A program made the translations under genes and the position numbers. DNA of 64,000 nucleotides, from NCBI RefSeq assembly GCF_009914755.1, contig NC_060933.1, one strand, 5' to 3'. Below, piece after piece: positions 41,430-56,600 of this stretch (positions are counted from its first letter, which is position 1; each line of letters begins with the position of its first letter). The notes below the pieces were generated by a model. The model saw nothing but the letters and a program-made list of their open reading frames with translations, had not been told where the DNA came from and did not search any database. This DNA is from the human T2T-CHM13v2.0 reference genome, Homo sapiens.

Positions 41430-43170
41430 AATGGAATTAACCCGAATAGAATGGAATGGAATGGAATGGAATGGAATGGAATGGAATGGAATGGTACGGA
41501 ATAGAATGGAATGGAACGAAATGGAATGGAATGAAATGGAATGGAATGGAATGGAATGGAATCAACCCGACTGCAAGGGAATGGAATGGAATTGAAGGCA
41601 ATGGAATGGAATCATCCGGAATGGAATGGAATGGAATGGAATCAACTCGATTGCAATGGAATGGAATGGAATGGAATGGAATGGAATGAAATGGAATGGA
41701 ATGGAATTAACCCGAATAGAATGGAATGGAATGGAATGGAATGGAATGGAATGGAAGTAAATGGAATGGAATGTAATGAACCCGAGTGCAGGGGAATGGA
41801 ATGGGATGGAATGCAATGGAATGGAGTCATCCGGAATGGAACAGAAAGGAATGGAATGGAATGAACCCGTGTGCAATGGAATGGAATCGAATGGAATGGA
41901 ATGGAATGGAATGGATTCAACTCTAATGGAATGGAAGGGAATGGAATCAACGCGAGTGGAATGGCATGGAATGGAATGGAATGGAAAGGAATGGAATGGA
42001 GTGGAATGGAATGGTACGGAATAGAATGGAATGGAACGAAATGGAATGGAATGAAATGGAATGGAATGGAATGGAATGGAATGGAATGGAATGGAATCAA
42101 CCCGAGTGCAGGGGAATGGAATGGAATTGAAGGCAATGGAATGGAATCATCCGGAATTGAATGGAATGGAATGGAATGAACTCGATTGCAATGGAATGGA
42201 ATGGAATGTAATGGAATGGAATGGAATGGAATGGAATGGAACGGAATTAACCCGAATAGAATGTAATGGAATGGAATGGAATGGAATGGAATGGTACGGA
42301 ATAGAATGGAATGGAACCAAATGGAATGGAATGAAATGGAATGGAATGGAATGGAATGGAATGGAATCAACCCGACTGCAGGGGAATGGAATGGAATTGA
42401 AGGCAATGGAATGGAATCATCCGGAATTGAAAGGAATGGAATGGAATCAACTCGATTGCAATGGAATGGAATGGAATGGAATGGAATGGAATGGAATGGA
42501 ATGGAATGGAATGGAATTAACCCGAATAGAGTGGAATGGAATGGAATGGAATGGAATGGAATGGAATGGAAGTAAATGGAATGGAATGTAATGAACCCGA
42601 GTGCAGGGGAATGGAATGGAATGGAATGCAATGGAATGGAGTCATCCGGAAAGGAACAGAAAGGAATGGAATGGAATCAACCCGTGTGCAATGGAATGGA
42701 AAGGAATGGAATGGAATGGAATGGAATGGAATGGAATGAAATGGAATGGATTCAACCCGAATGGAATGGAAAGGAAGGGAATCAACCCAAGTGGAATGGC
42801 ATGGAATGGAATGGAATGGAATGGAATGGAATGGTACCGAATAGAATGGAATGGAACCAAATGGAATAGAATGGAATGGAATGGAATGGAATCAACCCGA
42901 GTGCAATGGAATGGAGTGGAATGGAATGGAATGGAATGGAAACAACCCGAATGGAATGGAATGAAATGGAGTGTAAGGGAATTGAATACAATCAATCCGA
43001 ATGTAATGGAATGGAATGGAACGGAATGGAATAGAATGGAATGGAATGCAGTGGAATGGAATCAAACCTAGTGCAATGGAATGGAATGGAATGGAATGGA
43101 ATGGAATGGAATGGAATGGATTCAATCCAAATGGAATGGAAAGCAATGGAATCAACCCGAGTGGAATGGC
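41430..43170 (+). repeat. Direct copy of ~50740-52460 (offset ~9.29 kb), itself built from ~0.8 kb subunits
   Basis: ORF twins 41761/51057, 42576/51862, 42995/52281. Private ttcaactctaatgg, ggaaccaaatgg, ttcaatccaaatgg. Confidence 0.88.
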
Positions 43171-44579
43171 ATGGAATGGAATGGAATGGAATGGAATGCA
43201 ATGGAATGGAGTCATCCGTAATGTAATGGAAAGGAATGGAATGGAATGGAATGGAATGGAATGGAATGGAATGGAATCAGCTCGATGGCAATCGAATGGA
43301 ATGGAATGGAATTAACCCGAATAGAATGGAATGGAAAGGAATGGAACGGAATGGAATGGAATGGAATGGAATGGAATGGAATCAACGCGAGTGCAGGGGA
43401 ATGGAATGGAATGAAATGCAATGGAATGGAATCTTCCGGAATGGAATGGAATGGAATGGAATGGAATGAAAGGCAATGGATTCAACTCGATTGCAATGCA
43501 ATGGAATAGAATGGAAGGGAATGGAATGGAATAGAATGGAATTGAATGGAATGGAATGCCTTCAAACCGAATGGAATGGAAAGGAATGGAATCAACACGA
43601 GTGGAAAGGAATGGAATGGAAAGGAATGGAATGGAATGGAATGGTACGGAATAGAACGGAATGGAACGAACTAGAATGGAATGGAATGGAATGGAATGGA
43701 ATGGAATGGAATGGAATCGTTCGGAGTGGAATAGGAGGGAATGTATTCGAGTGGAATGGAAAGGAATGGAATCAACCAGAGTGGAATGGAAGGGAATGGA
43801 ATGGAATGGAAACTAATAGAATGGAATCAACCCGAGTGGAATGGAATGGAAACGACTGGAATGGAATGGAATGGAATGGAAGGGAATCAACTCGATTGTA
43901 ATGGAATGGAATGGAATGGAATGGAATGGAATGGAATGGAATGGAATTAACCCGAATACAATGGAATGGAATGGAATGGAACCAAATGGAGTGGAATGGA
44001 ATGGAATCAACCCGAGTGTAATGGAATGGAAAGGACTGGAATGGAGTGGAATGGAATGGAATGCAATGGAATGGAATCAACTCGATTGCAATGGAATGGA
44101 ATGGAATGGAATGCAATGGAATGGAATCTTCCGGAATGGAATGGAATGGAATGGAATGGAATGGAATAAACCCGAGTGCAATGGAATGGAGTGGAATGGA
44201 ATGGAATGGTATGGAACAACCCGAATGGAATGGAATGTAATGGAGAGTAAGGGAGTTGAATAGAATCAATCCGAATGGAATGGAATGGAATGGAACGGAA
44301 TGGAATTGAATGGAATGGAATGGAATGCAATGGAATGGAATCAACCCGAGTGCAATGGAATGGAGAGGAATGGAATGGAATGGAATGGAAACTACCCGAA
44401 TGGAATGGAATGTAATGAAGTGTAAGGGAATTGAATAGAATCAATCCGAATGTAATGGAATGGAATGGAACGGAATGGAATGGAATGGAATGGAATGGAA
44501 TGGAATGCAATGGAATGGAATCAACCCGAGTGCAATCGAATGGAATCGAATTGAATGGAATGCAATGGAATGGATTCAA

Positions 44580-47500
44580 CTTGAATGGAATGGAAAGAAT
44601 GGAATCAACACGAGTGGAAGGGCATCGATTGGAATGCAATGGAATGGAAACAACCCGAGTACAGGGGAATGGAATGGAATGGAATGCAATGGAATGGAAT
44701 CATCCGTAATGGAATGGAAAGGAATGGAATGGAATGGAATGGAATGGAATGGAATGGAATCAACTCGATTGCAATCGAATGGAATGGAATGGAACTAACC
44801 CGAATAGAAAGGAATGGAATGGAATGGAATGGAACGGAACGGAATGGAATGGAATGGAATGGAATGGAACGGAAAGGAATGGAATGGAATGGAATGGAAT
44901 GGAATGGAATGGAATGGAATGGAATGGAATCAACGCGAGTGCAGGGGAATGGAATGGAATGGAATGCAATGGAATGGAATCTTCCGGAATGGAATGGAAT
45001 GGAATGGAATGGAATGGAATGGAATGGAATGGAATAAACCCGAATGCAATGGAATGGAGTGGAATGGAATGGAATGGAATGGAACAGCCCGAATGGAATG
45101 GAATGTAATATAGAGTAAGGGAGTTGAATAGAATCAATCCGAATGTAATGGAATGGAATGGAACGGAATGGAATTGAATGGAATGGAATGGAATGCAATG
45201 GAATGGAATCAACCCGAGTGCAATAGAATGGAGAGGAATGGAATGCAATGGAATGGAAACTACCCGAATGGAATGGAATGTAATGGAGAGTAAGGGAATT
45301 GAATAGAATCAATCCGAATGTAATGGAAAGGAATGGAACGGAATGGAATGGAATGGAATGGAATGCAATGGAATGGAATCAACCCGAGTGCAATCGAATG
45401 GAATCGAATGGAATGGAATGCAATGGAATGGATTCAACTTGAATGGAATGGAAAGAATGGAATCAACACGAGTGGAAGGGCATGGATTGGAATGCAATGG
45501 AATAGAATCAACCCGAGTACAGGGGAATGGAATGGAATGGAATGCAATGGAATGGATTCATCCGTAATGGAATGGAAAGGAATGGAATGGAATGGAATGG
45601 AATGGAATGCAATGGAATCAACACGATTGCAATCGAATGGAATGGAATGGAATTAACCCGAATAGAATGGAATGGAATGGAATGGAACGGAACGGAACGG
45701 AATGGAATGGAATGGAATGGAACGGAACGGAACGGAATGGAATGGAATGGAATGGAATGGAAACAACGCGAGTGCAGGGTAATGGAATGGAATGGAATAC
45801 AATGGAATGGAATCTTCCGGAATACAATGGAATGGAATGGAATGGAATGGAATGGAATGGAATGGAATGGAATGGAATCAACTCGATTGCAATCGAATGG
45901 AATGGAATGGAATTAACCCGAATAGAATGGAATGGAATGGAATGGAACGGAACGGAACGGAACGAAACGGAATGGAATGGAATGGAATGGAATGGAATGG
46001 AACGGAAAGGAATGGAATGGAACGGAATGGAATGGAATGGAATCAACGCGAGTGCAGGGGAATGGAATGTAATGGAATGCAATGGAATGGAATCTTCCGG
46101 AATGGAATGGAATGGAATGGAATGGAATGGAATGGAATGGAATGGAATCAACGCGAGTGCAGGGGAATGGAATGGAATGGAATGCAATGGAATGGAATCT
46201 TCCGGAATGGAATGGAATGGAATGGAATGAAATGCAATGGATTCAACTCGATTGCAATGGAATGGAATAGAATGGAATGGAATGGAATGGAATGGAATTA
46301 ACCCGAATAGAATGGAATGGAATGCAATGGAACGGAATGGAACGGAATGGAACGGAATGGAATGGAATGGAATGGAATGGAATGGTATGGAATGGAATGG
46401 AATGGTACGGAATAGAATGGAATGTAACGAATTGTAATGGAATGGAATTGAATTGAATGGAATTGAATCAACGCGAGTGCAGGGGAATGTAATGGAACGG
46501 AATGCAATGGAATGGAATCATCCGGAATGGAATGGAAAGGAATGGAATGGAATAGAATGGAATCATCCCGAGTGCAATGGAATGGAGTGGAATGGAATGG
46601 AATGGAATGGAATGGAATGGAATGCCTTCAAACCGAATGGAATGGAAAGGAATGGAATCAACACGAGTGGAATGGAATGGAATGGAATGGAATGGAATGG
46701 AATGGAATGGAATGATACGGAATAGAATGGAATGGAACGAAATGGAATGGAATGGAATGGAATTGAATGGAATGGAATCGTTCCGAGTGGAATAGGAGGG
46801 AATGTATTCGAGTGGAATGGAAAGGAATGGAATCAACCAGAGTGGAATGGAAGGGAATGGAATGGAATGGAAGCTAATAGAATGGAATCAACCCGAGTGG
46901 AATGGAATGGAAAGGACTGGAATGGAATGGAATGGAATGGAATGGAATGGAATGGAATCAACTCGATTGGAATGGAATGGAATGGAATTAACCCGAATAC
47001 AATGGAATGGAATGGAATGGAACGGAATGGAGTGGAATGGAATGGAATCAACCCGAGTGCAGGGGAATGGAATGGAATCGAATGCAATGGAATGGAATCA
47101 TCCGGAATGGAATGGAATGGAATGGAATGCAAAGCAATGGAATCAACTGGATTGCAATGGAATGGAATGGAATGGAAAGGAAAACATTGGAATCAACCCG
47201 AGTGGAATGCAATGGAAAGGACTGGAATGGAGTGGAATGGAATGGAATGGAATGGAATGGAATGGAATGGAATGGAATCAACTCGATTGGAATGGAATGG
47301 AATGGAATGGAATGGAATGGAATTAACCCGAATAAAATGGAATGGAATGGAATGGAATGGAATGGAACGGAACGGAATGGAATGGAATGGAATGGAATGG
47401 AATGGAATGGAATGGAATCAACCCGACTGCAGGGGAATGGTATGGAATGGAATGCAATGGAATGGATTCAACTTGAATGAAATGGAAAGAATGGAATCAA

Positions 47501-50500
47501 CACGAGTGGAATGGCATGGATTGGAATGGAATGGAATGGAATGAACCCGAGTACAGGGGAATGGAATGGAATGGAATGCAATGGAATGGAATCATCCGTA
47601 ATGGAATGGAAAGGAATGGAATGGAATGGAATGGAATGGAATGGAATGGAATCAACTCGATTGCAATCGAATGGAATGGAATGGAATTAACCCGAATAGA
47701 AAGGAATGGAATGGAATGGAACGGAACGGAACGGAATGGAATGGAATGGAATGGAATGGAACGGAAAGGAATGGAATGGAATGGAATGGAATGGAATGGA
47801 ATGGAATGGAATAGAATGGAATCAACGCGAGTGCAGGGGAATGGAATGGAATGGAATGCAATGGAATGGAATCTTCCGGAATGGAATGGAATGGAATGGA
47901 ATGGGATGGAATGGAATGGAATAAACCCGAATGCAATGGAATGGAGTGGAATGGAATAGAATGGAATGGAACAGCCCGAATGGAATGGAATGTAATAGAG
48001 AGTAAGGGAGTTGAATAGAATCAATCCGAATGTAATGGAATGGAATGGAACGGAATGGAATTGAATGGAATGGAATGGAATGCAATGGAATGGAATCAAC
48101 CCGAGTGCAATGGAATGGAGAGGAATGGAATGGAATGGAATGGAAACTACCCGAATGGAATGGAATGTAATGGAGAGTAAGGGAATTGAATAGAATCAAT
48201 CCGAATGTAATGGAATGGAATGGAACGGAATGGAATGGAATGGAATGGAATGCAATGGAATGGAATCAACCCGAGTGCAATCGAATGGAATCGAATGGAA
48301 TGGAATGCAATGGAATGGATTCAACTTGAATGGAATGGAAAGAATGGAATCAACACGAGTGGAAGGGCATGGATTGGAATGCAATGGAATAGAATCAACC
48401 CGAGTACAGGGGAATGGAATGGAATGGAATGCAATGGAATGGAATCATCCGTAATGGAATGGAAAGGAATGGAATGGAATGGAATGGAATGGAATGGAAT
48501 CAACACGATTGCAATCGAATGGAATGGAATGGAATTAACCCGAATAGAATGGAATGCAATGGAATGGAACGGAACGGAACGGAATGGAATGGAATGGAAT
48601 GGAATAGAACGGAACGGAACGGAATGGAATAGAATGGAATGGAATGGAATGGAATGGAAACAACGCGAGTGCAGGGGAATGGAATGGAATGGAATGCAAT
48701 GGAATGGAATCTTCCGGAATGCAATGGAATGGAATGGAATGGAATGGAATGGAATGGAATGGAATCAACTCGATTGCAATCGAATGGAATGGAATGGAAT
48801 TAACCCGAATAGAATGGAATGGAATGGAATGGAACAGAACGGAACGGAACGAAACGGAACGGAATGGAATGGAATGGAATGGAATGGAATGGAACGGAAA
48901 GGAATGGAATGGAACGGAATGGAATGGAATGGAATGGAATGGAATCAACGCGAGTGCAGGGGAATGGAATGTAATGGAATGCAATGGAATGGAATCTTCC
49001 GGAATGGAATGGAATGGAATGGAATGGAATGGAATGGAATGGAATCAACGCTAGTGCAGGGGAATGGAATGGAATGGAATGAAATGCAATGGATTCTACT
49101 CGATTGCAATGGAATGGAATAGAATGGAATGGAATGGAATGGAATGGAATTAACCCGAATAGAATGGAATGGAATGCAATGGTATGGAATGGAACGGAAT
49201 GGAATGGAATGGAATGGAATGGAATGGTATGGAATGGAATGGAATGGTACGGAATAGAATGGAATGTAACGAATTGTAATGGAATGGAATTGAATGGAAT
49301 GGAATGGAATCAACGCGAGTGCAGGGGAATGTAATGGAACGGAATGCAATGGAATTGAATCATCCGGAATGGAATGGAATGGAATGGAATGGAATAGAAT
49401 GGAATCATCCCGAGTGCAATGGAATGGAGTGGAATGGAATGGAATGGAATGGAACAACCCGAATGGAATGGAATGTAATGGAGAGTAAGGGAGTTGAATA
49501 GAATCAATCCGAATGTAATGGAATGGAATGCAACGGAATGGAATGGAATGGAATGGAAAGGAATAGAATGGAATGGAATGGAATGCAATGGAATGGAATC
49601 AACCCGAGTACAATGGAATGGAATGGAATGGAATGGAATGGAATGGAATGGAATGGAATGGAATGGAATGCCTTCAAACCGAATGGAATGGAAAGGAATG
49701 GAATCAACACGAGTGGAATGGAATGGAATGGAATGGAATGGAATGGAATGGAAAGGAATGATACGGAATAGAATGGAATGGAACGAAATGGAATGGAATG
49801 GAATGGAATGGAATGGAATGGAATGGAATGGAATCGTTCCGAGTGGAATAGGAGGGAATGTATTCGAGTGGAATGGAAAGGAATGGAATCAACCAGAGTG
49901 GAATGGAAGGGAATGGAATGGAATGGAAACTAATAGAATGGAATCAACCCGAGTGGAATGGAATGGAAAGGACTGGAATGGAATGGAATGGAATGTAATG
50001 GAATCAACTCGATTGGAATGGAATGGAATGGAATGGAATAGAACTAACCCGAATACAATGGAATGGAATGGAATGGAACGGAATGGAGTTGAATGGAATG
50101 GAATCAACCCGAGTGCAGGGGAATGGAATGGAATGGAATGCAATGGAATGGAATCATCCGGAATGGAATGGAATGGAATGGAATGCAAAGCAATGGAATC
50201 AACTCGATTGCAATGGAATGGAATGGAATGGAAAGGAATACATTGGAATCAACCCGAGTGGAATGGAATGGAAAGGACTGGAATGGAGTGGAATGGAATG
50301 GAATGGAATGGAATGGAATGGAATGGAATCAACTCGATTGGAATGGAATGGAATGGAATGGAATGGAATGGAATGGAATTAACCCAAATAGAATGGAATG
50401 GAATGGAACGGAACGGAACGGAATGGAATGGAATGGAATGGAATGGAATGGAATGGAATGGAATGGAATGGAATCAACCCGACTGCAGGGGAATGGAATG

Positions 50501-50640
50501 GAATGGAATGCAATGGAATGAATTCAACTTGAATGGAATGGAAAGAATGGAATCAACACGAGTGGAATGGCATGGATTGGAATGGAATGGAATGGAATGA
50601 ACCCGAGTACAGGGGAATGGAATGGAATGGAATGCAATGG
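44580..50640 (+). repeat. Tandem duplication of a ~2.9-3.06 kb higher-order unit (two copies, boundary ~47480)
   Basis: ORF twins 45497/48384 (2887), 46836/49892 and 47132/50188 (3056). Private ggaacagcccg, ggaagggcatggatt, caacacgattgc, acgaaacgg, aatcatcccgag. Confidence 0.9.
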
Positions 50641-53600
50641 AATGGAATCATCCGGAATTGAATGGAATGGAATGGAATCAACTCGATTGCAATGGAATGG
50701 AATTGAATGGAATGGAATGGAATGGAATGGAATGGAATGGAATTAACCCGAATAGAATGGAATGGAATGGAATGGAATGGAATGGAATGGAATGGTACGG
50801 AATAGAATGGAATGGAACGAAATGGAATGGAATGAAATGGAATGGAATGGAATGGAATGGAATCAACCCGACTGCAGGGGAATGGAATGGAATTGAAGGC
50901 AATGGAATGGAATCATCCGGAATTGAATGGAATGGAATGGAATCAACTCGATTGCAATGGAATGCAATGGAATGGAATGGAATGGAATGGAATGGAATGG
51001 AATGGAATTAACCCGAATAGAATGGAATGCAATGGAATGGAATGGAATGGAAGTAAATGGAATGGAATGTAATGAACCCGAGTGCAGGGGAATGGAATGG
51101 AATGGAATGCAATGGAATGGAGTCATCCGGAATGGAACAGAAAGGAATGGAATGGAATGAACCCGTGTGCAATGGAATGGAATCGAATGGAATGGAATGG
51201 AATGGAATGGATTCAACTCTAATGGAATGGAAGGGAATGGAATCAACGCGAGTGGAATGACATGGAATGGAATGGAATGGAAAGGAATGGAATGGAGTGG
51301 AATGGAATGGTACGGAATAGAATGGAATGGAACGAAATGGAATGGAAAGAAATGGAATGGAATGGAATGGAATGGAATGGAATGGAATGAAATCAACCCG
51401 AGTGCAGGGGAATGGAATGGAATTGAAGGCAATGGAATGGAATCATCCGGAATTGAATGGAATGGAATGGAATCAACTCGATTGCAATGGAATGGAATGG
51501 AATGGAATGGAATGGAATGGAATGGAATGGAATGGAATTAACCCGAATAGAATGGAATGGAATGGAATGGAATGGAATGGAATGGAATGGAATGGAATGG
51601 TACGGAATAGAATGGAATGGAACCAAATGGAATGGAATGAAATGGAGTGGAATGGAATGGAATGGAATGGAATCAACCCGACTGCAGGGGAATGGAATGG
51701 AATTGAAGGCAATGGAATGGAATCATCCGGAATTGAATGGAATGGAATGGAATCAACTCGATTGCAATGGAATGCAATGGAATGGAATGGAATGGAATGG
51801 AATGGAATGGAATTAACCCGAATAGAATGGAATGGGATGGAATGGAATGGAATGGAAGTAAATGGAATGGAATGTAATGAACCCGAGTGCAGGGGAATGG
51901 AATGGAATGGAATGCAATGGAATGGAGTCATCCGGAATGGAACAGAAAGGAATGGAATGGAATCAACCCGTGTGCAATGGAATGGAAAGGAATGGAATGG
52001 AATGGAATGGAATGGAATGGAATGGAATGGAATGGATTCAACCCGAATGGAATGGAAAGGAAGGGAATCAACCCAAGTGGAATGGCATGAAATGGAATGG
52101 AATGGAATGGAATGGAATGGTACCGAATAGAATGGAATGGAACCAAATGGAATAGAATGGAATGGAATGGAATGGAATCAACCCGAGTGCAATGGAATGG
52201 AGTGGAATGGAATGGAATGGAATGGAAACAACCCGAATGGAATGGAATGAAATGGAGTGTAAGGGAATTGAATACAATCAATCCGAATGTAATGGAATGG
52301 AATGGAACGGAATGGAATGGAATGGAATGGAATGCAGTGGAATGGAATCAAACCTAGTGCAATGGAATGGAATGGAATGGAATGGAATGGAATGGAATGG
52401 AATGGATTCAATCCAAATGGAATGGAAAGCAATGGAATCAACCCGAGTGGAATGGCATGGAAAGGAATGGAATGGAATGGAATGGAATGGAATGGAACGG
52501 AATAGAACGGAATGGACCGAAATGGAATGGGATGGAATGGAATGGAACGGAATGGAATGGAATCAACTCGATTGCAATGGAATGTAATGGAATGGAATGG
52601 AATGCAATTAACGCGAATAGAATGGAATGGAATGGAAAGGAACGGAATGGAATGGAATGGAATGGAATCGAATGGAATCAACCTGAGTGCAGGGGAATGG
52701 AATGGAATGGAATGCAATGGAATGTAATGGAATGGAATGCAATGGAATCAACTCGACTGCAATGGGATGGAATGGAATGGAATGGAAGGGAAAGGAATAG
52801 AATGGAATTAACCTGAACAGAATGGAATGGAATGGAATGGAACGGAATGGAATGGAACGGAATGGAATGGAATGGAATGGAATGAACCCGTGTGCAATGG
52901 AATGGAATGGAAAGGAATGGAATGGAATGGAATGGGTTCAACTCGAATGGAATGGAAAGGAATGGAATCAACACGAGTGGAATGGCATGGAATGGAATGG
53001 AATGGAATGGAATGGAATGGAATGGAATGGAATGAAATGAAATGTAATGGAATGGAATGGAATCAACCCGAGTGCAGTGTAATGGAATCGAATGGAATGG
53101 AATGGAATGGAATGGATTCAACACGAATGTAATGGAAAGGAATGGAATAAACCCGCGTGGAATGGCATGGAATGGAGTGGAATGGAATGAAATGTAAAGG
53201 AATGGAATGGAATGGAATCAACCCGAGTGCAATGTAATGGAATCGAATGGAATGGAATGGAATGGAATGGATTCAACCAGAATGGAATGGAAAGGAATGG
53301 AATAAACCCGAGTGGAATGGCATGGAATGGAGTGGAATGGAATGGAATGGAATGGAATGGAATGGAATGGTACGGAATAGAATGGAATGGAAGGAAATGG
53401 AATGGAATGGAATGGAATGGAATGGAATGGAATGGAATGGAATGAACCCGTGTGCAATAGAATGGAATCGAATGGAATGGAATGGATTGGAATGGATTGA
53501 ACTCCAATGGAATGGAAAGGAATGGAATCAACCCGAGTGGAATGGCATGGAATGGAATTGAATGGAATGGAATGGAATGGAATGGTACGGAATAGAATGG

Positions 53601-56600
53601 AAAGGAACGAAATGGAATGGAATGAAATGGAATGGAATGGAATGGAATCAACCCGAGTGCAGGGGAATGGAATGGAATTGAAGGCAATGGAATGGAATCA
53701 TCCGGAATTGAATGGAATGGAATGGAATCAACTCGATTGCAATGGAATGGAATGGAATGGAATGGAATGGAATGGAATGGAATGGAATGGAATTAACCCG
53801 AATAGAATGGAATGGAATGGAATGGAAGTAAATGGAATGGAAGGCAATGAACCCGAGTGCAGGGCAATGGAATGGAATGGAATGGAATGCAATGGAATGG
53901 AGTCATCCGGAATGGAACGGAGAGGAACGGAATGGAACCAACCCGTGTGCAATGGAATGGAAAGGAATGGAATGGAATGGAATGGAATGGAATGGATTCA
54001 ACCAGAATGGAATGGAAAGGAAGGGAATCAACCCAAGTGGAATGGCATGGAATGGAATGGATTGGAATGGAATGGAATGGAATGGTACCGAATAGAATGG
54101 AATGGAAGGAAATGGAATAGAATGCAATGGAATGGAATGCAATCAACCCGAGTGCAATGGAATGGAGTGGAATGGATTGGAATGGAATGGAAACAACCTG
54201 AATGGAATGGAATGAAATGGAGTGTAAGGGAATTGAATACAATCAATCCGAATGTAATGGAATGGAATGGAATGGAACGGAATGGAATGGAATGGAATGC
54301 AGTGGAATGGAATCAAACCTAGTGCAATGGAATAGAATGGAATGGAATGGAATGGAATGGAATGGAATGGATTCAACCCAAATGGAATGGAAAGCCATGG
54401 AATCAACCCGAGTGGAATGGCATGGAATGGAATGGAATGGAATGGTACGGAATAGAATGCAATGGAACGAAACGGAATGGAATGGAATGGAATGGAATGG
54501 AATGGAATGCAATCATTCCGAGTGGAATAGAAGGGAATGAATTCGAGTGGAATGGAAAGGAATGGAATCAACCAGAGTGGAATGGAAGGGAATGGAATGG
54601 AATGGAAACTAATAAAATGGAATCAAAACGAGTGGAATGGAATGGAAAGGACTTGAATGGAATGGAATGGAATGGAATGGAATGGAATGGAATGGAATCA
54701 ACTCGATTGCGATGGAATGTAAGGGAATGGAATGGAATGGAATTAACCCGAATAGAATGGAATGGAATGGAATGGAATGGAATGGAATGGAATCAACCTG
54801 AGTGCAGGGGAATGGAATGCAATGGAATGCAATGGAATGGAATGGAATGGAATGCAATGGAATCAACTAGATTGCAATGGAATGGAATGGAATGGAATGG
54901 AATGGAATGGAATGGAATGGAAGGGAATGGAATGGAATGGAATTAACCTGAACAGAATGGAATGGAATGGAATGGAATGGAATGGAATGGAATGGAACGG
55001 AATGGAATGGAATGGAATGGAATGGAATCAACCAGAGTGCAGGGGAATGGAATGGAATGGAATGCAATGGAATGGAATCATCCGGAATGGAATTGAATGG
55101 AATGGAATGCAATGGAATGGAATCAATCAACCCGAGTGCAATGCAATGCAGTGTAATGGAATCGAATGGAATGGAAACTACCCGAATGGAATGGAATGTA
55201 ATGGAGTGTAAGGGAATTGAAAAGAATCAATCCGAATGTAATGGAATGGAATGGAACGGAATGAAATGGAATGGCATGGAATGGAATGAAATCAACCCGA
55301 GTGCAATGGAATGGAATTGAACGGAATGGAATGGAAAGGAATGGATTCAAACCGAATGGAATGGAAAGGAATGTAATAAACCCGAGTGGAATGGCATGGA
55401 ATGGAATGAAATGGAGTGGAATGGAATGGAATGGAATGGAATGGTACGGAATAGAATGGAATGGAACGAAATGGAATAGAATGGAATGGAATGGAATGGA
55501 ATGAAACCGTGTGCAATGGAATGGAATGGAATGGAATGGAATGGAATGGAATGGAATGGAATGGGTTCGACTCGAATGGAATGGAATGGAATGGAATCAA
55601 CCCGAGTGGAATGGCATGGAATGGAATGGAATGGAATGGAATGGAATGGAATGGAATGGAATGGAAACAACACGAGTGCAATGTAATGGAATGGAATGGA
55701 ATGGAATGGAATGGAATGGAATGGATTCAACCCGAATGGAATGGAAAGGAATGGAATAAACCCGAGTGGAATGGCATGGAATGGAGTCTAATGGAATGGA
55801 ATGGAATGGAATGGTATGGAATAGAATGGAATGGAACGAAATGGAATGGAATGGAATGGAATGGAATGGAATGGAATGAAATGAACACGTGTGCAATGGA
55901 ATGGAATGGAATGGAATGGAATGGAATGGAATGGAATGGAATGGGTTCAACTCGAATGGAATGGAAAGGAATGGAATCAACCCGAGTAGAATGGCATGGA
56001 ATGGAATGGAATGGAATGGAATGGAATGGAATGGTACGGAATAGAATGGAATGGAGCGAAATGGAATGGAATGGAATGGAATGGAATGGAATGGAATGGA
56101 GTGGAATGAAATCGTGTGCAATGCAATGGAATGGAATGGAATGGAATGGAATGGAATGGAATGGAATGGAGTGGAATGGAATGGAATGGGTTCAACTCGA
56201 ATGGAATGGAAAGGAATGGAATCAACCCGAGTGGAGTGTCATGGAATGGAATGGAATAGGATGGAATGGAATGGAATGGAATCATCCCGAGTGCAATGTA
56301 ATGGAATCGAAAGGAATGGAATGGAATGGAATGGAATGGATTCAACCCGAATGGAATGAAAAGAAATGGAATAACCCCGAGTGGAATGGCATGGAATGGA
56401 GTGGAATTGAATGGAATGGAATGGTACAGAATAGAATGGAATAGAACGAAATGGAATGGAATAGAATGGAATGGAATGGAATGGAATGGAATGGAATGGA
56501 ATGAACCCGTGTGCAATGGAATGGAATGGAATGGAATGGAATGGAATGGATTCAACTCGAATGGAATGGAAGGGAAAGGAATCAACCCGAGTGGAATGGC

